Source of the DNA: Fimicolochytrium jonesii
Lineage: Eukaryota
Length of the DNA: 64,000 nucleotides
NCBI RefSeq assembly: GCF_025526975.1
Contig: NW_026515671.1
Coordinates: forward strand, 1-64,000
Direction of reading: 5' to 3'
Position 1 is the stretch's first letter; each line of letters opens with the position of its first letter. Below the pieces are notes generated by a model that saw only the letters and a program-made list of their open reading frames with translations, had not been told where the DNA came from and made no database searches. A program made the translations under genes and the position numbers. Below are positions 10,670 to 23,117 of the stretch, piece by piece.

Positions 10670-12013
10670 ATGGACCGCACAGAAGCCGACCAGCATCTCT
10701 GCATTACTCTGAAGACAGCGAAAACAATCCTCCTCAAGTACCTCGAGTCTGTAACTGATGGTACGTCTTACTTTGCGTTGCGCACTCCCGGCGACACATC
10801 AAAAGTACCAACTCCGTTACGGTATTTAGCCCCAACCCCACCAACAATCCTTCTCCGCAAATCCCTCCACCACCTCACCGTCGACCCGCCCAATCCACCA
10901 CAAAGCCTCGCATACGCCACCGCCCTCATTGACCTTGCCACCCAGTCTCTCCACTCCGTGCCATACAAAGACGTCTCGCATGAGCTACGCGCCGCTTTTA
11001 CGCGGGCTAGTTTACTTCAATGCGTTGCGATTTTATCCAGGGGGGAAGATGGGTTCCATGGGGAGGAGGATCTGAGGAGGGCGGTGAAAACCCTCGATAT
11101 GGGCCTATTAATGGCGGGCCGGCCGATATGGGAGGAACTCGTGATGGGGTTAGTGGACGCCATCACGGCCTGTCTCGACAATCGCGCCCCCGACGGCGCT
11201 ATCACCTCACCCACTGCATCCAATCCCATCACCCTCATCAACCCACCCACAATCGCCCACCCAGTCCCCATCGCCACAACACCACCCCCCCTCCTCACCT
11301 TCCAGTCGCGCCTCACCTCACCCACCCCAACACCCCTCCTGATCAAAAACGCGCTCACCCACTGGCCGGCCCTCTCCACCCGCCCATGGTCGGATTTCAC
11401 CTATCTCCGGCGTATCGCGGGGATGCACCGCACGGTGCCGGTGGAGATTGGCTCAAAATATACAGATGAGAAGTGGACGCAGAAATTAGTCTCGTTCGGC
11501 GAGTTTTGGGAGAGGTGGATCGAGGGTGGTGGAGATGAAGGGAGTGAGACGCCCCAGGTGGCGTATCTAGCCCAACATGACCTCTTCTCCCAAATCCCTC
11601 GCTTACGGGACGATATCTGCGTCCCTGATTACTGCTACCTCTCCTCGGATTCCTCCTCTTCCTCGTCGGACTCGGAAATAAAAACCAACGCCTGGCTCGG
11701 GCCCCCCTCCACCATCTCCCCCCTCCACACCGACCCGCACGACAACCTCTTCGCCCAAATCGTCGGGTACAAATACATCCGGCTCTACTCACCCTCCCAA
11801 ACACCCCATCTCTACCCCATCTCAGATTCCATATTGGGGAACACGAGCGAAGTGGATGTAGAGGTTGTAAATCACGCGAAATATCCGGATTTTTTGAAGG
11901 CAGAGTATGTAGAATGTTGTGTGGGACCCGGAGACCTGTTGTTCATTCCAAGGGGGTGGTGGCATTATGTGAGGGGGTTGAGTGTTAGTTTTAGTGTGAG
12001 TTTCTGGTTTTGA
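10670..12013 (+). CDS. JMJD5: JmjC hydroxylase of the JMJD5/KDM8 family (probably one short in-frame intron near 10760)
   Basis: RTVPVEIGSKYTDEKWTQKL, YLAQHDLFSQIPRLRDDI, NAWLGP..SPLHTDP, GYKYIRLY, GDLLFIPRGWWHYVR, SFSVSFWF. Confidence 0.9.
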   Translation: MDRTEADQHLCITLKTAKTILLKYLESVTDGTSYFALRTPGDTSKVPTPLRYLAPTPPTILLRKSLHHLTVDPPNPPQSLAYATALIDLATQSLHSVPYKDVSHELRAAFTRASLLQCVAILSRGEDGFHGEEDLRRAVKTLDMGLLMAGRPIWEELVMGLVDAITACLDNRAPDGAITSPTASNPITLINPPTIAHPVPIATTPPPLLTFQSRLTSPTPTPLLIKNALTHWPALSTRPWSDFTYLRRIAGMHRTVPVEIGSKYTDEKWTQKLVSFGEFWERWIEGGGDEGSETPQVAYLAQHDLFSQIPRLRDDICVPDYCYLSSDSSSSSSDSEIKTNAWLGPPSTISPLHTDPHDNLFAQIVGYKYIRLYSPSQTPHLYPISDSILGNTSEVDVEVVNHAKYPDFLKAEYVECCVGPGDLLFIPRGWWHYVRGLSVSFSVSFWF

Positions 12014-12497
12014 CAAACGACAGAGCAATATTTGAAGAATGTTTGAGGAATAGACGAAGGGAAGGAGGATAGACCTAACCTAATCTAACCGCCTTCGGAA
12101 GCTGATGGAATGGCTTCAAACTCTGCCGACAAGGAAGAGGAAGACAGTCTGATAAATCTGCAAATTAATGTGTGGGCCCCGCCTGTACACAGGGGAAATG
12201 AGGTAGGACCGTAGTGAAGAAACGCGAACGCAATGGCACAGTGGATGCAAAGGACTGCCTTGTTGGTTGCGCAACCTGCGCTCCAACTGCATCCATACCG
12301 GGGCGGGAGACCGCTCGAGTTTGGCGCCCGACGACCACTGCGGTCCCCGACTCTCCCGTCGTCGATGGTCCGTCTCCTGTCTGGTCTCCCGTCCCGCTCC
12401 AGCTCCATCACTTCCCACGCGTTGTGAGTAGTCCACTCTACTCGCTCGCCCTCTCTAAAGAAAATTCCCACAATCTTGCGTCGGATACCGTCAGACC

Positions 12498-15400
12498 ATG
12501 AGCCGATACGTACCAGCTCACAACAACCGTCCTGGAGCAGGCCAGCGTGCCGGAACAGGTCAACAGCTGTATCCTCCTCGTCCCAGTGCACCGCAACCCC
12601 ATTACAACAATTTCAACAACCCCAACCCCAACGCGACGCATATCCCACCCTCGATAACAAACGCAAATGCGAACACCGTTTTCGACGAAGATGATGAATT
12701 CGATCAGATGGATATTGGAGGCGACGAGGCGACGTATATGGCGATTGAGATGCAGGCTAGTCAGATGTTTTCGCAGTTGGATGTTGATGGGCCGGTATGT
12801 TTCTGCTGTCAAGGGATAGGAATGTGGAGTTGAGGATGAAACTCGGGAATTCGGGGATGGGGATGAGGATGGGATGTTACGAAGGCCGAAATGCGAGAGA
12901 TCGCGAGGGAATCGAGTTCCCCGCGAGAGGCAGCAATTCTTGCAAGCGACAGCGAGATTCGTGGTTTTGTAGAGTCTACGCAGCTACTTGTCGCGAGCAG
13001 GATGTTTTGTTGTTGTTTTCATCAACTATTGCGGCGGAGGCATCGCACGGTAGAACAGCGAGCCTCGTTGCTTGAGAGGAACCAGACGCGCGCGATGGCG
13101 AAGAGATTTTACTTTTTGCTGTAATTCCAGTTGCTGACAGGCACTGATCTCTTTCCATATTCACAGAATCTAGGGGCAAGCTTGATCGGGGATGCGCTTA
13201 TGGACGACAAGAATGTGGGGATGGGAATGGGGATGAATGTGGATGATGCGGCGCTGAGATTTGCTGCTGGGGATAGTGGTGAGTTTGTGTGCGTGAGAGG
13301 GTAGGTGGCGGGAGATGGGGAGGCCTACCGAAGTGAGGTCATCGGCGGCGGGCAACACCGACATTCCGGCGCTAAGCAGGCGGCTCCCCAATGCACCCCA
13401 GGCAGAACTCAGTCACAATTTCAAATACCACATGCCCGACCGGCAGATGAGAGTGCGCGGTTACTTCAACAGGTATGCTGTTTGTGGAGATTTGAGCATG
13501 TGTGCCAGGTCACAACGGTCATGTAGATTGCTCTTTTCAGACTCTGGAAGAAAACAAAAATCTAAAAGCCGAAAATGAACGCATACTCCGCGAAAAAAAC
13601 GCCAAAGAAGGCGAAGTGTCCAATGTCCGGCGTAGTCTAGCCCAGGTAAGAGCGCATCATCCACTCTTCCCCCCATACCCCCCCAACTGATCATCGTCAA
13701 ACTATTCCTTATCGTCAGGCAAACGCAGAAAACAGCAACCTCCGCGCAGACCTGCAGCGGACGGCCAACAAAGCTGAGAAAGACCTGGAAGAAGTGAAGA
13801 AGAACGCTGAGCGGGAATTGGAGAAGTGGAAGACCGAAAATGGTTTCTTGGTGAAGTGGACATTCGATATTCGTGACCGTGCAGGCGGTACCTTATGTTA
13901 ACGCGTGGTTGTCTTCTTCGACAGCAAAACGATGTAGCAGAGTTTAAAGTTGCCCTAGCTGCACAAAGGCCCCAGAGGATGAAGCATGTCACGCAGGCGA
14001 CGAATGATACGTTTTCGAAGAATCGCCAATGGCCAGGTAAGCAACATCACACCTATCTGCGCTTTCAAGCGCCCGACACCTAACTTTCTCACCATTAGAC
14101 GAAAAAACGACCGGTCCCACATCCCCAGCACCCATCCCAATACGCGTCCAAAAACAGGACGCGGCAACCGAAACGGCCCCCGAATCGCCGAAGAAGGTGG
14201 GCAGGCTGTTGAAGCCGTTACCGATGTGGAAGTCTGATAATGAGATCGTATGTGCTTTTCATGTTTCTGAACACCGTTTAGTGTATGGTACTATGCTCTT
14301 ACCAACACATCTCCGCCAAGTTTCTCCGCCAATGCATGTTCGCCTCCCTCCCCGTCGGCCGAGACATCTTTCTCACACCGACCTCCCTCACTGCCCTCCT
14401 GCCACCATACCTCTCTCAGTGCAACTCACTCAACAAAATGCAAACGGACGGCCCACACACTACGCTGATCAGGGACATGCGCAGATTGCTGGTGGATGCG
14501 AGTCTGGATGTTGCGGTGCTGTTGCCGAGTGTGGAGGGGATGGTTGGGGGATGTTTGGTGGAGTTGAAGGTGAGTTTGATTGATGTTGGGAATGTAGAGG
14601 GGAGTATTGGGCACTCATGCGTCGTTTCGTTGGTGGTAGTATGAACCACTCGTATTTCTCGTTCACCTCCTCTCGACTATGTGCGACCATAGCGCCGCTT
14701 GCCGGGAACAAATCACTGATCTCGACAGTTCAGGTACACCATCCACCCACTATCATCCATACGTTGCGTTGTTCTGGATGTACTCACACCAGGACACCCA
14801 ACATCTTTTATCGTAGGCCAACCCCGCCCCATCCTCACGCACCTCCGCACACTCCTGGACCTAATAGCCGCATCCTCCCAGAAAGCCCCAAAAACGGCCC
14901 GCCGCTGGGAACATCCCGTCCAACCCGTCGTGCAGCATATATGTGATACGTTGAGCACGGTTGCTTATATGGTTGATAAGGGGCGAAGGGCGAGGTTTGT
15001 ACTTCTTATATGCGATTTTTGGATTTGCTGTGGGAGAGGAGACTGAGGATGTTTTTTTGTAGTTTGAGGGGAGTGTTATCGCAGTCCTCGTTACTTCTCT
15101 TCCTTGACAAAAGACAGCCGAGGGAGGTGGTGGCTGATGTGTTGGGGTTTGTGTTTCATGAGATTTGTGGTACGTCTCATGTATCCCAGTCTCACGATGC
15201 GTTTGGATAGTCTTCGTTACTGACGGCCCTTTTCTGTAGATGAAGGATTTACGGATATGATCATGGACCCTTCCCTGAAACTCAACAAGCGGCGGAGTAT
15301 ACCCGAACGGATGTTTGGGTTGCTTGTAAATCAGCCGGAAGAGCGGGAGGTTGATGAGGCGGTAGGTGTGATGTTGCGAATCTTTGTGATGAGTTGGTAG

Positions 15401-16029
15401 GAGGTGGGAGTTGACCGGGTTGATTTGGCTTCTTAGGTGCGAACGCTGGACGTCCGCATCATAAACTGCTTGTGTGCACTTGCGGGGGTTTGGCCGAAGA
15501 CGATTCCGGGGCTGTGCATGCCGTCGGTACGTGGTCAGGTCGTTGGCTTTTTCCATCTTTGCACTCAAGATATCCTGGATATTTTTTTGGGGCGAGTCCT
15601 GATCATGAAAACATTCGCAGATAACCAATCGGCTTGTGACGTATCTCCAGAGCGCGAGAGTTGGAATGGATGCCGATGAGACCAGAGAGCCTCCTCATGG
15701 GTACGTGCGTTGCTCATTCATCCAATAACACCCATTCCTAACCAAGCCTCCCCAACCGCAGCTGGCAAACCTACCGCTCAACCCTCCGCCTCCTCTCCAC
15801 CCTCCTTTCACACCACTCCACGCACCCAATCGACCCGAAAATCAGCGAACCCGCCATCCACACACTCATCGCCGTCCTCGCTCGCTCAGTCTACGCCGTG
15901 CGGAATTTGGGTGGTGACGAGGCATGTGCGGAGGTGGGCGACGTCGCGAGGGAGATGATGGGCGCGGTGGTTGTGAGGCCGGAAGAAGCTTATGAGGAGG
16001 TTTTTGGGGGGGAGTTTGGGGAGGTGTGA
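12498..16029 (+). CDS. Multi-exon ATRIP/Rad26-like checkpoint protein (acidic N-terminus, coiled coil, helical repeats)
   Basis: FDEDDEFDQMD..AIEMQASQ; coiled coil ENERILREKNAKEGEVSNVRRSL..ERELEKWKTENGFL; Leu-rich helical C-terminal exons. Family call from architecture only. Confidence 0.55.
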
Positions 16030-17119
16030 GGGCGTTGGACATGACACTGGTGAGGATTTTTGGGACTTTTGGAAGAGACGGGAAAAGACGACATAGCATT
16101 GGAGGAGGACAGACAGGAGGATCGCTCGTGCTTTCGGCGCAACATGGGAACGGATCCCAAACAGCACATACACATTCATGGACTGGCAGGCAGTACCATT
16201 TGGTTTGTATCGGGCCCAGAACCATCAACGCTGGCGCACACGATCATCTCACCCATTCGCACGCGCACACATCCACCTGGCGTACCCGGCATACACACAC
16301 AAGATCGTTGCTGATGATATGACTGCACACGCCGGCCCATCACACACCTTTCAATCCCGCGTTTCATAGAGCTTTGGCGTATCAGGGTAGGAGTTTGGCG
16401 TTTTTGAGTAGACGTATGTAGCGGTCGTGTCGGTTCGAAAATGAGAACGTTTTAGAACATCGAATGTACTGTACTTTTTGGTTGGCACTGAACGAAGGTG
16501 TTGGACGCAGAACCAGAACAGTTCTGACCCGAACGCAGGGGTTTTGCCAGCATCTCGCAAATCTTGAATACCCATCTGCCCGTTTTTCGTACCCATCTGC
16601 CCGTGCGGTACAGGAATTGAAAATGACAGGCTTTCACGCGCTGTCGAATTCCAGTTTGGACGGCCCGCTCTCTAAACAAGAACCTGCGAAGGATGCCGCA
16701 CGAGCTTCAGATGACCACGTGCATACCGTGACTGCACGCAGCAGAGTTCTGCACCAATGCCCAAGAACCAATGGCGATGAGGGTGACAGCCAAAAGTAGT
16801 CCTGAGATTGAAGCCTCTTTTGGCCCGCAGTAAATGTCGAGGTTTAAGTCGGGTGCGGAGGAAGGCTTTGTTTTATCGGCATGTACCTGCAAAGCTGGAA
16901 CCGCAGGATTGTGCCCCAAACCCTAATGCACGAGCCCTAATGCACGAGCCCAGGAGGAAAGCAGTGCTCACCGAATAACAACAGTTCTGCAGGATATGAC
17001 TGAGAAAGAGCGAGGCTGCATTTCGAATTATTTACAGAAGTACCAACGCAATCGGCGATGCCCAAAAAAGAAGGGGTAGAAGAGCTTGGACGATTTACGT
17101 ATTATAGTAGCTAACTATC

Positions 17120-18437
17120 CTACTCCATAGTAAGGACAGCTCGGAACCTTGCCTTGTTGGACATCATCCTCTCGTACGCCTTCTCAACATCAGCCAGCTT
17201 GAACTTCTCAATGTGGCACTTGACGCCCGTCTGCAGCGCAAACTTGATCGTCTCCTCGGAATCAATCGCAGATCCGGACGCCCAGGCGCGCACGCTCAGA
17301 CGCTTCATGATCATGGCCGTGGTGTCAACAGTGACCTCGCCGGCCGCGGCGACGATGAGTAGAGTGCCATCCAGAGCAAGACCTTTCACCAGGGGTCCGA
17401 TAGCGGGAGCGTGGGGAGCGGTAGCAATGATGATCTGAGCACCGCCTTCCTTGGCGAGCTGCTCGGCTTGCTCTTCAGGAGATCCGGTGATGTAGTATGT
17501 GGCGCCCAATTGGGAGGCGAGGGATTTCTTGTCTTCGGAGGTGGAGAGGGCAGCGACGCGGAAGCCGGATTGCTTGGCAAATTGGATGGCGAGGTGTCCG
17601 AGACCTCCGATGCCTTGGACGGCGACGAGGTCTCCCGGGTGAGCCGGGGTGTTACGGAGAGCGTTGAAGACGGTGACTCCGGCGCAGAGGAGGGGTGCGG
17701 CTTCGGCTGAGTCAATGTCCTTGGGGATGCGGACGACGGACTCTTCGCGGACCTTCACGTACTCGGCGTCTGATTGCGAACGGAAAATCGACATTAGCGA
17801 GTCCATTCCAAAAGTGTCGGCCGTGGCATCTACAAGACTTACATCCACCGTTCCTGAAGATTCCGTTCACGGAACCCTTCTCACAGCATGCGAACGCGCC
17901 TTTCCTGCACGCCTTACATTCGTGGCAGTGGCCGCCTTCCCATCCGGTGCCAACACGGTCGCCGACCTTGAAGAAATCCGTGTTCACCTACGAGAATACA
18001 TGACGATGAGACGACTTTTTCCGTTGTGTCCTTTTGTAGAAAACACTCAACTTACGCGAGATCCAAGAGCAACGATCCTGCCAACAACTTCGTGTCCAGG
18101 AACAATGGGGTACGGGATACCGGGGAAGTAGCTCTCCTTTGCGATCACGTCACTATATGCGGGCGAAAAGCACAATTTAGCAACTCTGAATAACTTCACA
18201 CCTTATTTCCCACTCCCAGAATGCGCCCTCCTATAGACAAAACAACAGTTCTTCCTCACACACACAGACACAACCACCCGACACAAACCTGTGACAAACA
18301 CCGCAAGCCTCAACCTTGATAAGCACCTCCGAGTCCTTAGGCTGCTCGAGGTTCTTCTCGACAATCTTGAACGGCGCGCCTTTCTCGGCGATCTCGGCGG
18401 CCTTGTAAGTCTTAGGGAGGGATTGTGTGGCAGACAT
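17120..18437 (-). CDS. Zinc-dependent alcohol dehydrogenase (MDR family), 4 exons
   Basis: ACGVCH, PGHEVVG, CHECKACRKG..C, GGYAEY, APLLCAGVTVFNAL, GIGGLGHLAIQFA, RFRAVL. Confidence 0.95.
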
Positions 18438-19162
18438 TTTGAGTATGTAGTGGGAGACTGAGTAGTGGAATACCGATACAGGTGAAGGTGGGGTTTGTGG
18501 GGTTGTGCTCTGCGTTTTATATGAGTGTTGGTTGGGGGGCTTGGGCAGCGCTGTTATTGTTGACCAAATGCTTGCGCGTTGGAGAGAGCGGACTTACGCG
18601 TTGTCCCGCCGCCCCGCTTCCGAACGCATCTTATTCCCCCACAGCCAAAAGGACACCCTCCGCTTTACTAATCCTGACTTCCGTGGGCTTCCTGGAAGTT
18701 CTGCATTTCTATAGTTTTCATTCTTGTGATGCGAAGCAAGGCGCTCACCTGTAGCTGGCAGTGACGGGAGCCAGACACACGACGCGCCTCTCTGCCTTGG
18801 TCATATCTACAGCACCCTACACATCCATGGAGTTTCCATTCAACTGCATGCCGGATCTGAAAGCCCATTGGCTGTGACGCGCGCGGGAGGCTGTTATTGG
18901 GACTGACGCATTCGGACACGCCCCATGTCTAGCGATGGATGTCCAGGAAGGCAGCCACGAAGGGAGAGTCCACGAAACGCTCTCTCAGAGGACCTGAAGT
19001 GGCCCATCCCCACCATCCGGACGCAAGCGACGCTCCTTCGGCACTCCCTCCTGTCTGCTCAGCAGCTCACAGAAAAAGCGCAAAGCAATGTTAGCCCGTA
19101 CCGCAACGCCCCCACCCCTCCCCCTCACCGACCACATCAGCGCTCAACCTCCAACCTCCAAA

Positions 19163-19377
19163 ATGCACTCCACCGCAGCGTCACCCCCTCCTCTTCTCCC
19201 ACTCGCCCTCCCCCACCCCTTCCCAAATCCGTACCTCCCAACCGCAACCTCCCACCCCGAATACCAATACCTCTCCCTCGTCTCCACCATCCTTGCCCAC
19301 GGCACCCCGCGCCCCGACCGCACCGGCACCGGCACCCTGACCCATTGCCGACGATCAAGATGAAGATGTCGGTTTGA
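19163..19377 (+). pseudogene. CDC21: Thymidylate synthase remnant: N-terminus joined out of frame to the last 12 codons (internal deletion)
   Basis: HPEYQYLSLVSTILAHGTPRPDRTGTGTL is followed immediately, in another frame, by DPLPTIKMKMSV*, the typical TS C-terminus. Confidence 0.85.
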
Positions 19378-19558
19378 AGTTATGCGTCGCTGTAAGATAG
19401 TTGCGGCGTGTGGGGACGGGATAGTCTCTTTGTGAGTTCGGTTAGGTTGTGCTAGGTAGACGCTTTCTGGTCATTTTGATGGTACGCGATTTTCGCAAGC
19501 GGCGTTCTAGTGTACAAAATGTCACATCGTCGGACAAGGGAAGAATCCTTTTCGTCCT

Positions 19559-22112
19559 CTACTGGTGGTGAACAACGTCCCAAAGCTACAACACAACCGT
19601 TATTGATCGTTAGTCTGCGCCCGAATGCAAGAGCGAAAAAGATGGTGTGGTCCATACCTTAACAAACCCATCAGCCCCCGCCGTCGCCAACCGACTCTTC
19701 CCGCCACTTGTCTCGCCCACAAAAACCGCCCCCGAAACGCCCTCCAAATGCGCATTCTTGATCGCAATATGCTTCATGGGCTTGTCGACGGACCACACCT
19801 CGACGTTGGTGTCGAGCGAACCTGACACGGCGTGCTTGGAGTCGGAGGACCAGGAGATGGAGGTGATGCGGCCGCTGTGGAAGACCCATTGGTGGAGTTT
19901 CACCTGTATGTGGACGGGATGAGTTGAGGAAAACCGGTTATCCAGCGCACAATAGGACCGGTCTGAAGGCAAAAGCCATACCTGATGAGAAGCGGTATCA
20001 TAAACAACAATCTTCGACTGCGAGTCGCCCGCGGCGAGCATGGTCCCGTCTGGCGAGTATGCGACGGCCGTGACTTGCCCGCGGTTGAATTCCAGTACCG
20101 CCTTCTCTTTCATCGAGCCCTCGAGGGCGAAGATGTGTACTTTCGTGTCCTGCAATGAAGAGTTCACTCGTCCGTTCACATCCTCTGAGAACTCCATAAC
20201 CCAGTTTTTACCTCCCCGCCAATAGCAATTTCCTTCCCATTGGGAGCCACAGCAACGCTCACGGGGACATAGTCGAGCTTGACCTCGGCGACGCGTTGAC
20301 CGTCTTTGACGATGATCACTTGCGGGGCGACGGTGACGGTAACGGCTATCTCGGTGTCGGGGGAGGCTGCGATGGAGCGTGGGAGGGCGCCGGTGGAGAG
20401 GGCTGCTGAACTACATGGCACATTATCGTGAATATGTGTTAGCGGATGTGGTTGCGATCCGAATATTACGTACCCGAAAACGGTGTTATCCCCCTCGACA
20501 GCAATACTGCGCACGGTATCATCCATCCCCGCACTATACACCTTCCCCTTCGCCACCGCCAACCCCATCACCGAGTTCGTATGCGGCGCACCACTTGGCA
20601 CCGCCGCAACCCCCTTCGCCTCCTTCCACGAGCACACGCGTCCATCGTAGCTCCCGGTGTAGAGCGTCTGGTCCTTTTTGACGGCGAGGGCGGTGATGCC
20701 TTTGGAGTGGCCGCGGACGGTGCGGGCAAAACCGCCGGAGGAGCGGTTGAGGTAGGAGATATCGCCGGCGAGGGAGAGGGAGATGGTGTGGTCGCCTTGC
20801 CAGAGGCAGCCGACTTGTTGGTCGTCGAAGGAGGGGGTGGAGGAGTACTCCCAGGTGCTAGGCGGGATTGACGACGCTGTTTAGCACTGGGAGGATAATC
20901 AAATGGCATCACAGCAATGTATATCACCCTACCTGACCACCTTCTGCGCAGCGATATCCCATATCTTCGTTGTCATATCCGCGGAAGCAGACAGCAAATT
21001 TTTACCATCCGGGCTCCAGGACACGGAGTAGATTCCACCCTTATGGGCACCCTCCACGGTGCTTAGATCAGCAATCTTCGTCCCTTCCTTCCCGTCGTAC
21101 AAGAAGAGCTGACGAGCGTATAACAGTCAGCACCCTTCCTCCAACGTCAACACCGCCTCGCATCCCTCGAACACGACATACCTTCCCATCAGCCCCGGCG
21201 GAAACAAAATGCTCCCCACTAGGCGAGTACCTCACACACTGCACAAACCGCGAATGCTCATTCAGCGACTTGTTGAACTTGAACGGTACGCCGTGGTAGA
21301 AGTTGACCGAGGTGTCGTCGGATCCCGTGATGGCGCGCAACGGGCGGCCGGGGCGGATGTCGACTGAGTTGACGGCTTTGCTGTGCCCGGCGATCTCGCC
21401 GACTGAGGAGGCTGTGTCGAAGAGGAAGGCGTGGCCGAACCTTTTGGGGGGTCATGTGCGTAAGTCCACCGATTTGTAGAGGAACGCGCCCCCTGCCTTG
21501 AGCTATCGTACCTATCCTTCCCCTCGCCAACAGCAATGATCCTCTTACTCTCGAAATCCCACGCAAGGTCGTTTACTTTCCCGGCAAACACTCTCGTTTC
21601 CGTCTTGATGATGTTCTCGGCGTTGATCGTGTCCCAGATCCTCACGTTCCCTTGAATATCTGCAACCAGTGGGTGAGGTGTAAGAGGTTCGTTCCCACCA
21701 ATCCAGGACAAACCCGACAGCTTACCAGCCGATGCTATGTAAAATCCACTCGGCGAGTAACGTGCAACCGTGGCTTGAGCAGTATGCTGGGTGTACTCTT
21801 TCGCAATCTCCGGGTTCTGTTTCAATTCGAAAAACCACGAGTTGTTAAGCCGGCCCCATCACCGCCCAACAATATCGAAGATCGCGCTAGGAAAACTGAC
21901 ATACAGCCAAGTTCCTGATAATAACAGAGCGTCCGTTCGTGTACAAGAAGTTATTGCCCTTCGGGTCTCCGCCGAGATGGACGGGCCTTCCTCGCTCTGT
22001 GGCGGGCTGTGGGGCGTAGGTCGCCGCTGATGAGGTGCAAGATGGTTAGGTCTACGACGATCTTGAAGACTTGTGTGGCTGGTTGCGACAACTTACTTCG
22101 CGTGAAAGACAT
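19559..22112 (-). CDS. AIP1: Actin-interacting protein 1 (WDR1), multi-exon WD40 protein
   Basis: [102 protein letters not shown]. Confidence 0.95.
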
Positions 22113-22280
22113 GCTGGCTGGAAAACGGGGGGTGCAGCTGGTCTTAGATGATAGTGCAGTTGGTCTGAGACGCAGTTGCAGCAGTTGGTCTGAGAAAAGT
22201 GTTGGGTGGGAAAACCTGAACAGCGTCCCAAAGTGGACGTCACCAAGTGGGAATCTTGCCCCTCTTTGCCCTCCCAGACA

Positions 22281-22395
22281 TTGATTGGCTGGAACGGCGG
22301 AAGGCTATTGGCTGTTGCTCGGCGGCTGTTATTGACTGTAAGCTATTTCGCCCGGCAGGCTGTTATTGGCTGTTACTCGCGCGTGTAACCCTAAC
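22281..22395 (-). promoter_or_regulatory. AIP1 upstream region with three CCAAT boxes (plus one variant) and a TAACCCTAAC motif
   Basis: ATTGG at 22284, 22306 and 22365, each in ATTGGCTG context; ATTGACTG at 22331; telomere-type motif at 22386-22395. Confidence 0.5.
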
Positions 22396-22405
22396 TGTTC
22401 TGCCT

Positions 22406-22444
22406 TTGTGCTCTGGACGAGGAACGTAGTCCTCTAGAGTCTAT
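22406..22444. repeat. 39-bp dispersed element, copy 1
   Basis: TTGTGCTCTGGACGAGGAACGTAGTCCTCTAGAGTCTAT, identical to 31611-31649. Confidence 0.9.
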
Positions 22445-23117
22445 GGACGAGGAGGAGGTTGCTTAGTAAGCTCTCTCTATTTTTCTTCTCGAGTGAATAA
22501 ATAACAGATAACCCTAGCTCCCTTTCCTCTATCTCTTTTGAGCTATCGAGTGCTATGACTGAAAAGCTACGGTGGGAGGGGGGGATGTTTCGATGAAGAA
22601 GAAGAACTAGCTATCAGGAGCGCAGTGCGCAATTTAGGACCTAATGTCCAGGGAAACCCGTAAACCCGTAACTATGTTGATTGATAAACCGATGCGAATT
22701 GAGAGGCGAATGCAGTGTTCGAGAGGAGGTGCTTAGTGCGGCGGGTAGTGAGGTGGGATACTAATAAGCAACCTCCTCGTAGCTTGCATGTCCATCCAAT
22801 CCTTCATGTTCAGACGCGACTCTTTCCGTGCACGAGCCTACGGGAGATCAGGCGCGAAACCTCCCAACCTGTTTCTAACCGTGCGGCGCGTTCATTACCT
22901 GCTTTGTATGTGACACCGCGTCTCGCCTCTTCTCGCCTCAATTTCAATCACTCCCTCTTGGTGTTTGCCGCTCTTGCCCGCTCACGCTTAGCCTGGCCTT
23001 TTCCCCATCTGAAACAAACTACGTAAGTACAACAGCTTGCCCGTCCTTATTCCCCCGTCTGTTCCTTGTTCGACTATCACAACTGCTACGGCGTTCTGCG
23101 AAACTCCCATACGAAAT

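Noticed and set aside
16030..16960. Short direct repeats (ACCCATCTGCCCGT x2; CCCTAATGCACGAG x2) and small ORFs
   Set aside because: Possibly a TE remnant, but no family, termini or coding signal could be supported; not CRISPR-like.
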